IMG/VR virus record: IMGVR_UViG_3300046167_000032
Coordinates: 1 to 64,000 of that record
DNA length: 64,000 nt
Origin: a virus
Reading direction: 5' to 3' (one strand)
The notes under the pieces were generated by a model. That model was not told where the DNA came from, ran no database searches, and saw only the letters and a list, made by a program, of their open reading frames with translations. Below, piece by piece: positions 21,072 to 28,654 of the stretch. Every line of letters starts with the position of its first letter. Position 1 is the first letter of the stretch. The position numbers and the translations under genes are program-made.

Positions 21072-21075
21072 ATTA

Positions 21076-21588
21076 TTATTCCACCATGTGTAATGCTTGT
21101 TCAAGCGTTTCTTTGTTACGCCTAGACCAACCACGTCCAAATGTTTTGTACGTATCTAATCCTTCATAGAACCCTTGTCTTACTGTATATACATAATCAA
21201 TAATATACTTAGGGTCTTTCTCCATAACAAGTTGTAGTGTCTTAGGACCAATAGCACCATCTGCTGTAGCACCTACTGCACGTTGTATAGCTTTAGCAGG
21301 TCTACCACTACCACTATTAACAGCCCAATCGAATGCACACCAATCTACCCCCGATGGAAGTTGATCACCTTTGACTCTATCCCAATAGTTCTGTTTATAT
21401 ATTGGGGCTACATCTTCTGGTGTTAAATCACGCATCTCTTCTTCTGTAGACTCACGACCAATCCATTCGTCATATACACGTTTAGTTACACCAAGATTAG
21501 TCATGCCACCGGGATCACTAGGATGATTAACGTAACCACCCTCGTGTTCCAGTAGCATTTCTAAACATTCATTAAAATTACTCTTCAT
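21076..21588 (-). CDS. Endolysin, glycoside hydrolase family 108 with peptidoglycan-binding domain
   Basis: HEGGYVNHPSDPGGMTNLGVT, FDWAVNSG, DGAIGPKT, FGRGW. Confidence 0.93.
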   Translation of the reverse strand: MKSNFNECLEMLLEHEGGYVNHPSDPGGMTNLGVTKRVYDEWIGRESTEEEMRDLTPEDVAPIYKQNYWDRVKGDQLPSGVDWCAFDWAVNSGSGRPAKAIQRAVGATADGAIGPKTLQLVMEKDPKYIIDYVYTVRQGFYEGLDTYKTFGRGWSRRNKETLEQALHMVE

Positions 21589-21590
21589 TA

Positions 21591-21950
21591 TTATTTTTTC
21601 CCACCGAAGAACTTACTTACGCCACGCATACCAATGCTGGCACTAACGATTCCACCTAAAGAGTACTGATACCAATCAGGCATAACCTCTAACGCAGTAA
21701 AACCTGCTTGTACTATTTCATTACCCCAATCACCACAGAAGGCTAAAATCAAAGGAATGGAAAACAATAAAGTAATCCATTCATCTTTCCAGCTATTCTG
21801 TGTGGCTTTCATAGCCTCAATATCCCAGTCTATTTCACCTGTGGCTATCTTCATTTTTGTTTCAGCTTCTGCTTTCTTTACAGCAGTCTTGCCTTCTATA
21901 ACTGTACCAGCAAGATTAGCTACTTGACCTATTAAGTTTAGTCCTAACAT
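21591..21950 (-). CDS. Putative holin
   Basis: Two to three hydrophobic segments, SWKDEW motif, basic C-terminus, adjacent to endolysin. Confidence 0.65.
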   Translation of the reverse strand: MLGLNLIGQVANLAGTVIEGKTAVKKAEAETKMKIATGEIDWDIEAMKATQNSWKDEWITLLFSIPLILAFCGDWGNEIVQAGFTALEVMPDWYQYSLGGIVSASIGMRGVSKFFGGKK

Positions 21951-22279
21951 TATCCGTTGTTACCTTTCACTTCTTTCTTGCTCATGTTAGTTACTCCGAA
22001 GAATACACCAACTATACCAGCTACAGATAAGAAATATATAGAGGCCATAGAGCCAATGATGTCAGCGGCTTGATCAGCACCTACAATAGTACATAGCAAT
22101 ACTAGAAATGGATATGCAAGCATACCAACTAAGCAGAACCATGCCATACGTCTTTGTGCATCTCTCTGAGCATCTTCATCATCGAGTCTACGTCTACGAT
22201 CTTCTAACGCTAAAGCATCCCACTCAGTCTTGTCTATAGAGCCATTGTTGTCTACATCTACTTCTTCAAAGCTAGTCAT
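21950..22279 (-). CDS. Membrane protein with N-terminal EF-hand loop
   Basis: DVDNNGSIDKTE loop plus two TM helices. Confidence 0.65.
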   Translation of the reverse strand: MTSFEEVDVDNNGSIDKTEWDALALEDRRRRLDDEDAQRDAQRRMAWFCLVGMLAYPFLVLLCTIVGADQAADIIGSMASIYFLSVAGIVGVFFGVTNMSKKEVKGNNG

Positions 22280-22281
22280 TC

Positions 22282-22539
22282 TTAGACTTTCCTATACCTT
22301 TTAGAAGTTTTAGCAGCGCCTTTAGGCTGTTTAGAAAACTGTTTACCAGCTTTAGTATCTTTACGCTTTTTTGCAGTAGTAGCTGCGTACTGCGAACTAG
22401 ACATCGCTTTAAGAGCTGCAGCAGGTAAATAACGTTCCCCTGTAGCTTTACTACCTTGAGTCGAAGGTTTTCCACTTTTAGTCCCCCACTTTTGACGAGT
22501 CCATTTATTAAGACTCTTTTGTGATTTGGAAAGGGCCAT
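22282..22539 (-). CDS. Small basic protein
   Basis: Lys-rich; WTRQKWGTKSG...TGERYLP. Confidence 0.7.
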   Translation of the reverse strand: MALSKSQKSLNKWTRQKWGTKSGKPSTQGSKATGERYLPAAALKAMSSSQYAATTAKKRKDTKAGKQFSKQPKGAAKTSKRYRKV

Positions 22540-22724
22540 TATTTATAGCCCCCACCTGCAGCTTTATAGGCTTTAGCGAGCATCTGTGCTTTACGTGCGG
22601 ACCATTGATTGGCCTTGCCCCCCTTAGTTCCCCGTTTAATACGTTCAAACAAACGCTTCCGCATAGTAGGCTTAGTATAATTTCCTGCCTCATTTACCTT
22701 TGACTTTGCTTTCGATTTCGCCAC
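22539..22724 (-). CDS. Small basic protein
   Basis: NYTKP...QWSARKAQMLAKAYKAAGGGYK; translationally coupled to the next gene. Confidence 0.7.
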   Translation of the reverse strand: MAKSKAKSKVNEAGNYTKPTMRKRLFERIKRGTKGGKANQWSARKAQMLAKAYKAAGGGYK

Positions 22725-22833
22725 GAGTAATACCTATATCTCTCAAATCTTTATCAGACATATTATTTAGTAACCATAAGTCGGCACTTGCTTGTCTGCT
22801 ACGCTCTATGCGCTTGAATAATCTTTTAAACAT
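22690..22833 (-). CDS. DUF1127 (YjiS-like) small protein, 47 aa, not in ORF track
   Basis: MFKRLFKRIERSRQASADLWLLNNMSDKDLRDIGITRGEIESKVKGK; MSDxxLxDIGIxR signature; GGAGA RBS. Confidence 0.85.
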   Translation of the reverse strand: MFKRLFKRIERSRQASADLWLLNNMSDKDLRDIGITRGEIESKVKGK

Positions 22834-22895
22834 TTTAACTATCTCCGTTATGTTAGTAAGGCTTGTTTACCTTACAGAGATAGTTATACCATACT

Positions 22896-22926
22896 TAGTT
22901 ATATCATAATACAGATAATAATGCAA
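22896..22926 (-). promoter_or_regulatory. Promoter for DUF1127 gene
   Basis: TTGCAT-N17-TATAACTA, with a second TATAACTA 15 nt downstream. Confidence 0.5.
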
Positions 22927-22931
22927 CCCCG

Positions 22932-23303
22932 TTATGCATTCCTAGCAGGGTCATAGTATTCTTCTAGTGAAACCATTACATCAATTGTGTTAGTAGTCTC
23001 ACCATATGCTAATAGCTTATCACCAGCGTGCAGGTTAAAGTAACCACCATTAACTAAGTTATCTACAGAGTGACCTGCCATACTTAATCCATTAGCTATA
23101 TAATGATATGCATTATCTTCTTTGTGATAGAATTGTACGTATACCTTTTTAGTTGAGTTACTATTATTACTCAAGTGTAGATATCGTACTATAGCACTGA
23201 AGTTATTAGGGCATGTGTACAACACAGTAGCACTTGCATCTGCAGCAGTAGCGGATACAAGATAACCTTGTGTGTGAAACTTGGCGTTGTTTAAATTAGC
23301 CAT
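22932..23303 (-). CDS. Hypothetical beta-rich protein
   Basis: 123-aa ORF coupled to the upstream stop. Confidence 0.7.
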   Translation of the reverse strand: MANLNNAKFHTQGYLVSATAADASATVLYTCPNNFSAIVRYLHLSNNSNSTKKVYVQFYHKEDNAYHYIANGLSMAGHSVDNLVNGGYFNLHAGDKLLAYGETTNTIDVMVSLEEYYDPARNA

Positions 23304-23395
23304 TACTTACCTGCGTCTTGACACTTACCTGTGGCAGAACAGTTAGCTGGTGTAGTACAGCCCTTACATGTTTTAAATTTACCTGTAGAATACAT
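23303..23395 (-). CDS. 30-aa four-Cys microprotein, not in ORF track
   Basis: MYSTGKFKTCKGCTTPANCSATGKCQDAGK; AGGA RBS; stop overlaps the next start (TAATG). Confidence 0.65.
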   Translation of the reverse strand: MYSTGKFKTCKGCTTPANCSATGKCQDAGK

Positions 23396-23409
23396 TTATA
23401 TTTTTCCTA

Positions 23410-23703
23410 TTACCATTTAACTTTGTGTGACCAGTACTTAGCACTTAGCTTACTAGTCGGTTTACCTTGAGCATTATGTCTAGCATAGTAACTCTTCTTA
23501 CGAGCTTTATCTTTAGCTGATGTAGGATTCTTACCTGCACCACGTACACCCTGTTGTCCAAAGCGAATAAACTTATACGTGTCCCCTTCTTTAGCCATCA
23601 CACAGTGAGACTTCTTAGGGTGACTAGGTGTCCTCTTAGGCTTGTTTACACCCTTGAGTCCTTCCTCTTTCATTTTATTCTTGACTCGCTCAGGTATTGC
23701 CAT
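23410..23703 (-). CDS. Small basic phage protein
   Basis: IRFGQQG...RKKSYYARH...SAKYWSHKVKW. Confidence 0.75.
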   Translation of the reverse strand: MAIPERVKNKMKEEGLKGVNKPKRTPSHPKKSHCVMAKEGDTYKFIRFGQQGVRGAGKNPTSAKDKARKKSYYARHNAQGKPTSKLSAKYWSHKVKW

Positions 23704-23902
23704 CTGTCCAACCTTCTTTTTTCATTGCCCACTCTACGTGTTCTAAAGTAAACTTACGACCATAGTAGGCTTCCACTGCAGTTCTTACGTAGAATACATC
23801 ACTGTGAGGGATATGTAAGTTCTTTAAATTACCATCAAGTAAATGATCGTAGAATTGTTTAAGAACATCGTCTGTATATAGTTTTACTGATTTCTTTGCC
23901 AT
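23690..23902 (-). CDS. Hypothetical protein
   Basis: First ORF of the leftward operon. Confidence 0.6.
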   Translation of the reverse strand: MAKKSVKLYTDDVLKQFYDHLLDGNLKNLHIPHSDVFYVRTAVEAYYGRKFTLEHVEWAMKKEGWTDGNT

Positions 23903-23908
23903 TGTCAA
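23879..23908 (-). promoter_or_regulatory. Leftward promoter
   Basis: TTGACA-N16-TAAAACTA. Confidence 0.5.
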
Positions 23909-24716
23909 TAGTTAATTGCACAAAGTCCTCGCCTAAGAAGGCGATTTCTATGTACGTACATACCTCATTGCTATTGCTTATCACTGTACATGTATACTTA
24001 TATGTTTATATAGTTTAAGTATTATATAATTATAAGTATATATCATAGTACATGTATACTGTACGTGTATCACTTATAGTGACCCTACCCGGAATATACT
24101 ATATACATAGTTTTACACACTCTGTACCCCATGTCAACCCCTAATCGTACATTGGTAACAAACTGTGATGATATTGTAATATATTGTAACATATAGTGAT
24201 AGTATTTTGTGATCACAAATATACCCTGCACGTATACATAACACCATATCTGTATAGTGGTTAACACTCTCATATTTCTGATCTGTGTAATTGTACATAT
24301 CATACTAACGTACACCCCCCGTATGCCCCCTGCCCACCCTAGCTTGAGGTCGTTTGCGTGCGCCCACAGGCACATGTACACGCATGGTGAGAGCATAATG
24401 CATAGGCACATACACCACACACGAGGAATATTCCACAATAACAATCACTTATAGTGATATGACAACTGTTATACAATCAGTTGCCTTCACATATGGTGCA
24501 AGCATAGGCATGCTACGAGCAAGTGACGTGTGTTGCGCAGTTGATGCACATATACACCCACCCATAGGCATGACCTACACATCACGTGCATCACACGCTC
24601 GGCTGCCTACACGTATACGCATGCGCACTCGCACTGAGAGCTGATTCGTTTTGCCCTCCAAAAAGTGATTCGTTTTTACCCTAACAAGTCCCACATTGGA
24701 CTTAATTTGCTCCATA
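23909..24716. other. Non-coding divergence region; candidate genome-end, packaging or origin region
   Basis: No credible gene; alternating purine-pyrimidine tracts, short direct repeats and palindromes; lies between divergent transcription units. Confidence 0.5.
24108..24137 (-). promoter_or_regulatory. Leftward promoter
   Basis: TTGACA-N16-TAAAACTA. Confidence 0.6.
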
Positions 24717-24784
24717 TACTACTACGTAGTAAAATAGGTGTTGACACCATCGGATTTATCTGATCTAACTGATTGCATCGAAAC
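24717..24784 (+). promoter_or_regulatory. Early promoter element 1
   Basis: TACTACTACGTAGTAAAATAG-N3-TTGACA-N9-TTATCTGAT-N10-GCATCGnAAC; duplicated at 26707. Confidence 0.7.
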
Positions 24785-24818
24785 GGCGAACTTGCCAAAC
24801 TCAAAAAGGAAAAATCTT

Positions 24819-25430
24819 ATGACAAATACAAACACAGCTAACACCGACACAAACACAGCAGTACTTGCTACACTTGAGCTACAAGGTGCTGACATAGCTC
24901 GACAATGGAAAGCTATCACCAAAGGTGACAAAGCACGCTTCACTCAGCATACACAAGCCAATGGCTTCGACATGCAGTTAGGCAAGCTTATGGTTGCACT
25001 TTCAGAAGAGTGTGAAGGTCGTATCAAGTCAACTAGACTTGCTGATTGTGGCATCAACATAGTTGATAAGAGAAGACGTAGCGAAGCTAAATGGTTCGTT
25101 GAAAACGAAGTTGAATGCCGTGAGTTTATTGCTAAAAGCAAGAAAGGCTTCACATCACTTACAGCATTGCAAAGTGCAATGTCAAAAGCCAACAAGCAAG
25201 CATCATCTACTGATGATAAAGCGTCAACAGGTAAATCTAGCAAAGCTAGTGCAACACCAACTGAGGCTACTAGCGAAGCTAAACCTGCAACTAAAGAGAC
25301 AATCTTTAAAGAGTTGCTTGCCATATGTAAGGCTAGTGATGTGAACATCATGGACATTGCAGAGATGCTTATGCTTGAAGCAGAAATGCTTACACCAGAA
25401 GAATTAGCAGATGAAAAAAAGGTAGCATAA
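24819..25430 (+). CDS. First early gene, hypothetical protein
   Basis: AAAGGA RBS before MTNTNT; about 203 aa. Confidence 0.8.
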   Translation: MTNTNTANTDTNTAVLATLELQGADIARQWKAITKGDKARFTQHTQANGFDMQLGKLMVALSEECEGRIKSTRLADCGINIVDKRRRSEAKWFVENEVECREFIAKSKKGFTSLTALQSAMSKANKQASSTDDKASTGKSSKASATPTEATSEAKPATKETIFKELLAICKASDVNIMDIAEMLMLEAEMLTPEELADEKKVA

Positions 25431-25434
25431 TATA

Positions 25435-25497
25435 AGTTTACTTATAGGTTACATCTGGCTCTCTCTCCCTAGCTAGGTGTAACTTTATAAGTTAACT
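25435..25497 (+). other. Long RNA hairpin (processing site or terminator candidate)
   Basis: About 25-bp stem with G-U pairs on the + strand and a CTCTCTCCCT loop. Confidence 0.6.
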
Positions 25498-25535
25498 AGT
25501 CCAACGTTGGACTTACATATGAAAGGAAATGTCAA

Positions 25536-25670
25536 ATGGCATACAGAACATCAAGGCAACGTAAGCGTCAAGAACAGCTACGTGAAGCATTCAAGCACAC
25601 AGTCATGGGTGCAATGATGGGTTTTATTTTGGGTAGTGCTTTATTTCTACCATTTTTATTGAAAGGTTAA
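25536..25670 (+). CDS. 44-aa membrane peptide, not in ORF track
   Basis: MAYRTSRQRKRQEQLREAFKHTVMGAMMGFILGSALFLPFLLKG; GAAAGGA RBS. Confidence 0.7.
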   Translation: MAYRTSRQRKRQEQLREAFKHTVMGAMMGFILGSALFLPFLLKG

Positions 25671-25674
25671 TGTT

Positions 25675-25869
25675 ATGTTAATTGAACGTAAATCAATTTA
25701 TTCTGGCACTATAAGTGCAATGGATATTGATGTAACACCAACGCAGATTAATGCATGGTACTGGCAGGGTGAGCTTATCCAAAATGCTATGCCTAACATA
25801 TCTGCACAAGAACGTGAGTTCATTGCTACAGGTATCACACCCACAGAGTGGGACGAAATGTTTAACTAG
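25675..25869 (+). CDS. Hypothetical phage protein
   Basis: LIQNAMPNISAQEREFIATGITPTEWDEMF; RBS present. Confidence 0.75.
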   Translation: MLIERKSIYSGTISAMDIDVTPTQINAWYWQGELIQNAMPNISAQEREFIATGITPTEWDEMFN

Positions 25870-25905
25870 TCCAATGTTGGACTTATATCTTGAAAGGATA
25901 TTAAA

Positions 25906-26133
25906 ATGATTAAAGTAATCAATGCTGATAAGGCTGTAACAATTGCGTTTGAAAAAAGAACTAAGTATCTTAAAGACGTATTAGAACTTGCTATAAGTGA
26001 GGGCAGAAATGCTTTGAGTGTTTCATCACACAAAACTAATTCTGTAGATGTGGCACAATTGCGTGAGTATGGCTACGATGTTTGGGTAAATCCAGACAAT
26101 GGTGATGCAGTCATAAGTTGGGGTATTGTATAA
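25906..26133 (+). CDS. Hypothetical protein
   Basis: GAAAGGA RBS following a palindrome copy. Confidence 0.75.
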   Translation: MIKVINADKAVTIAFEKRTKYLKDVLELAISEGRNALSVSSHKTNSVDVAQLREYGYDVWVNPDNGDAVISWGIV

Positions 26134-26465
26134 TGGGTAATCGAGCGACACTTGAAGTAATAAATCAAGACTATTCTTGGCAAGAAACACCTTGCTACAT
26201 ATATGTACACTGGTCAGGTAGCCCTGAGACTGTGACTGAACTAGTAAAAGGTGCATCATCTAACATGCGTAAGTCTGATGTTAACTATGCTACTGCTAGA
26301 CTAATAGCTCACATATGTAACTATGTGGAGGGTGGTTTGTCTGTAGGTGTACAAAAGAACAAAGAAGATTGGGATAATGGACACTATGTCATAGATATGA
26401 GTAATGGTAATATCAAGAATGATGATACGCTTATAGCTGAAGGCATACAGTTTGGTAATTTTTAA
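26133..26465 (+). CDS. Hypothetical phage protein
   Basis: MGNRA...IYVHWSG; TAATG coupling. Confidence 0.75.
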   Translation: MGNRATLEVINQDYSWQETPCYIYVHWSGSPETVTELVKGASSNMRKSDVNYATARLIAHICNYVEGGLSVGVQKNKEDWDNGHYVIDMSNGNIKNDDTLIAEGIQFGNF

Positions 26466-26505
26466 CTTAGTCCAATGTTGGACTTAATATTATGAAAGGA
26501 TTTAT

Positions 26506-26703
26506 ATGAAATTTAAATTGCATACAAACACACATTACACCATGCCAAAGCCTAGTCGTGCAGATCGTATAGCTCGGCTGCGAGCACGTATTGAGTTACA
26601 GCGTAAGTGTGCTTCACCTGTTGTCGATGTAGTGTATGACAACAAAAATAATGTAGTAGAGTTTGTGAGTGACTCAGGTTGGAAAACCTACAGCAAATCA
26701 TAA
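26506..26703 (+). CDS. Hypothetical protein
   Basis: GAAAGGA RBS following a palindrome copy. Confidence 0.7.
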   Translation: MKFKLHTNTHYTMPKPSRADRIARLRARIELQRKCASPVVDVVYDNKNNVVEFVSDSGWKTYSKS

Positions 26704-26706
26704 TAC

Positions 26707-26774
26707 TACTACTACGTAGTAAAATAGTGCTTGACAACAGGTTGGTTATCTGATTTGTTGTTAAGCATCGGAAC
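26707..26774 (+). promoter_or_regulatory. Early promoter element 2
   Basis: Same architecture as 24717-24784; immediately followed by a palindrome copy. Confidence 0.7.
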
Positions 26775-26814
26775 TAGTCCAACGTTGGACTTCACATAAA
26801 AAGGATTACATACA

Positions 26815-26991
26815 ATGAAAAAGAATAACATGTTCAACACTCCTGATTCAGTTGATCAGATACCTGCATTGATAAAGAACGTAATAAAGTTTATTGAAGC
26901 ACCTAAAGGTAAAGGTGATACAGTTGAAGCAATAGTTTCAATCATGATGATAAATAATTTTATTGCAGATAACAATGGGGATACACAGTAA
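26815..26991 (+). CDS. 58-aa hypothetical protein, not in ORF track
   Basis: AAAGGA RBS; MKKNNMFNTP...; stop overlaps the next ATG. Confidence 0.65.
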   Translation: MKKNNMFNTPDSVDQIPALIKNVIKFIEAPKGKGDTVEAIVSIMMINNFIADNNGDTQ

Positions 26992-27611
26992 TGTATAGTC
27001 GTGATGTAAGAGAAATCAAATCGTTTGTCCGTTGGGGTGGTACAGATGCATTTGTAAACACTGGCCTGTTTGTATTGCTAACGATACAAGCAGGTTTATC
27101 CACAGTAAAAGGTAGCATGGAAAAAGTAAGCATAGATGGTGTGAAAGCTAATTGCTTATGGGGCAAGAAAGGTGAAGGTTACAAGTACCTTATCAAGCAT
27201 GGTGACTACTTACGTGGTGAGATGTACAAGATTGCAGATGCAAAAGGCTACAAAAGTGTTGAAGCTTGTGCTGATGTTGTTGAGTTATTTATGCAAGTAC
27301 CTAACTTGGGTATGGTCAAGGCATCTTTCCTTGCTCAATGCCTAGGTTTCAATGTAGCTTGTATTGATGGACACAATGTCAAGCGACTAGGTATCAATCC
27401 CAACGCTGTAAAGACACCACCAAAGGCTATGAAGCCAGAGACTGCACGTCGAAAGGTTGAAGAGTACATAGTACTTACTCAACGTGCTGGTTCAAAGTAT
27501 TGGTGGAACACATGGTGCGAGTATGTTGCAGGTAACAAAGCTAATCGTAAGCTTACTACAGGCAATGTCGTATCTAAATTTCATGTAGAATGTATAACAT
27601 ACGGGAGGTAA
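26991..27611 (+). CDS. Helix-hairpin-helix DNA glycosylase-fold protein
   Basis: VPNLGMVKASFLAQCLG (HhH with Lys) followed by ACIDGH (Asp-x-His). Confidence 0.6.
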   Translation: MYSRDVREIKSFVRWGGTDAFVNTGLFVLLTIQAGLSTVKGSMEKVSIDGVKANCLWGKKGEGYKYLIKHGDYLRGEMYKIADAKGYKSVEACADVVELFMQVPNLGMVKASFLAQCLGFNVACIDGHNVKRLGINPNAVKTPPKAMKPETARRKVEEYIVLTQRAGSKYWWNTWCEYVAGNKANRKLTTGNVVSKFHVECITYGR

Positions 27612-27618
27612 CATATGA

Positions 27619-27792
27619 ATGCAGTATACTATGAAGAACTTTATTAAGTTCACTAAGTCCAATGTTGGACTAACTACTAAGAAGAAGAAGCCTAAGCGTG
27701 ATGATTGGAAGCGTGAGCGTTCAACAGCACGTAAGATTAAAACTAATATGCAAAGAGGCATAACAGATTACAAACCAAAACGTATAGCATAA
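27619..27792 (+). CDS. 57-aa basic protein containing a palindrome copy, not in ORF track
   Basis: GGAGG RBS; MQYTMKNFIKFTKSNVGLTTKKKKPKRDDW... Confidence 0.6.
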   Translation: MQYTMKNFIKFTKSNVGLTTKKKKPKRDDWKRERSTARKIKTNMQRGITDYKPKRIA

Positions 27793-27806
27793 GGAGCTAA
27801 CATAAA

Positions 27807-28133
27807 ATGACTACTATTTCAAAACCACTAGTAAAGAACACTAACCCAGAACTATATGTGAAGCACACAGCACACATGTCAAGAGCAGGTATTCATACCT
27901 ACAACTATGCGTCTGTTGATGATTACATTCTACAGAACTGGAGAGTGTCTACTATAAAACAGATTGCATCTGACTTAAACGAATACCCTAATCGTATTGT
28001 ATATAGGGTACAAGTACTACAATCTGTAGGTTTAATAGGTAGCAAGTACACTACTAAGCGTGCTACATTGAAGACACAACAAAAGATGCTTGTCACTTGG
28101 TTGGCAGATATCAAACAACAATTGGAGGCGTAA
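27807..28133 (+). CDS. Putative HTH DNA-binding protein
   Basis: STIKQIASDLNEYPNRIVYRVQVLQSVGLI resembles a winged HTH; AAGGAG RBS. Confidence 0.55.
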   Translation: MTTISKPLVKNTNPELYVKHTAHMSRAGIHTYNYASVDDYILQNWRVSTIKQIASDLNEYPNRIVYRVQVLQSVGLIGSKYTTKRATLKTQQKMLVTWLADIKQQLEA

Positions 28134-28138
28134 TAACA

Positions 28139-28378
28139 ATGTCAAATAAAACACAAGCACAGTGGAAAGCTGAACGTATGGCTAGGTATAAGGTAAATAA
28201 AAAGTTATTGGCTAGTATGTCTAAGGAACAGCGTGAAGCTATCGAAGAAGCTCAAGAGGTTTTGCGTGACACGTATTCTATGGCTACAGAAGCGCATGAT
28301 CTATACATGTCAGACATAGGTAAGATTGAGTCAGCTTGGTATTCACTGAGGTTTGCATTCAAAACTGAGGAAGAGTAA
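28139..28378 (+). CDS. Hypothetical protein
   Basis: GGAGG RBS before MSNKTQ. Confidence 0.7.
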   Translation: MSNKTQAQWKAERMARYKVNKKLLASMSKEQREAIEEAQEVLRDTYSMATEAHDLYMSDIGKIESAWYSLRFAFKTEEE

Positions 28379-28381
28379 CGT

Positions 28382-28618
28382 ATGCCTGTTATGGCATATG
28401 AAGTCACGTTAGCCATTGACAGTGAGAATACTATCGTTAAGTTAGATGATACGTATCCTTCTGTAAGTGACTGGCGTACAGCTTCGGAGTTTGCTATTCA
28501 TATGATGATGCGTAGCAAACCTGATTCACGAGTTGAGTTTGTCGATTGTAGTGAGAGAGTACATGAGGTATACTCATCATGGGGATACATAAGTGAAACC
28601 CCACCATCAATTCAATAA
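28382..28618 (+). CDS. Hypothetical protein
   Basis: ORF whose stop overlaps a palindrome copy. Confidence 0.7.
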   Translation: MPVMAYEVTLAIDSENTIVKLDDTYPSVSDWRTASEFAIHMMMRSKPDSRVEFVDCSERVHEVYSSWGYISETPPSIQ

Positions 28619-28654
28619 GTCCAACGTTGGACTAACCATGAAAGGAAATATAAA

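Larger units (their letters stand above)
24687..28633. repeat. Seven dispersed copies of 16-bp palindrome AGTCCAAYGTTGGACT
   Basis: Copies start at 24687 (degenerate), 25498, 25868, 26469, 26776, 27656 and 28618. Confidence 0.95.

Noticed and set aside
24085-24644. ORFs 24085-24444, 24257-24454 and 24459-24644
   Set aside because: Low-complexity translations of dinucleotide-repeat DNA without RBS
24687-28633. Palindromic repeats as a CRISPR array
   Set aside because: Spacing is irregular (about 300-960 bp) with whole genes in between; no cas operon
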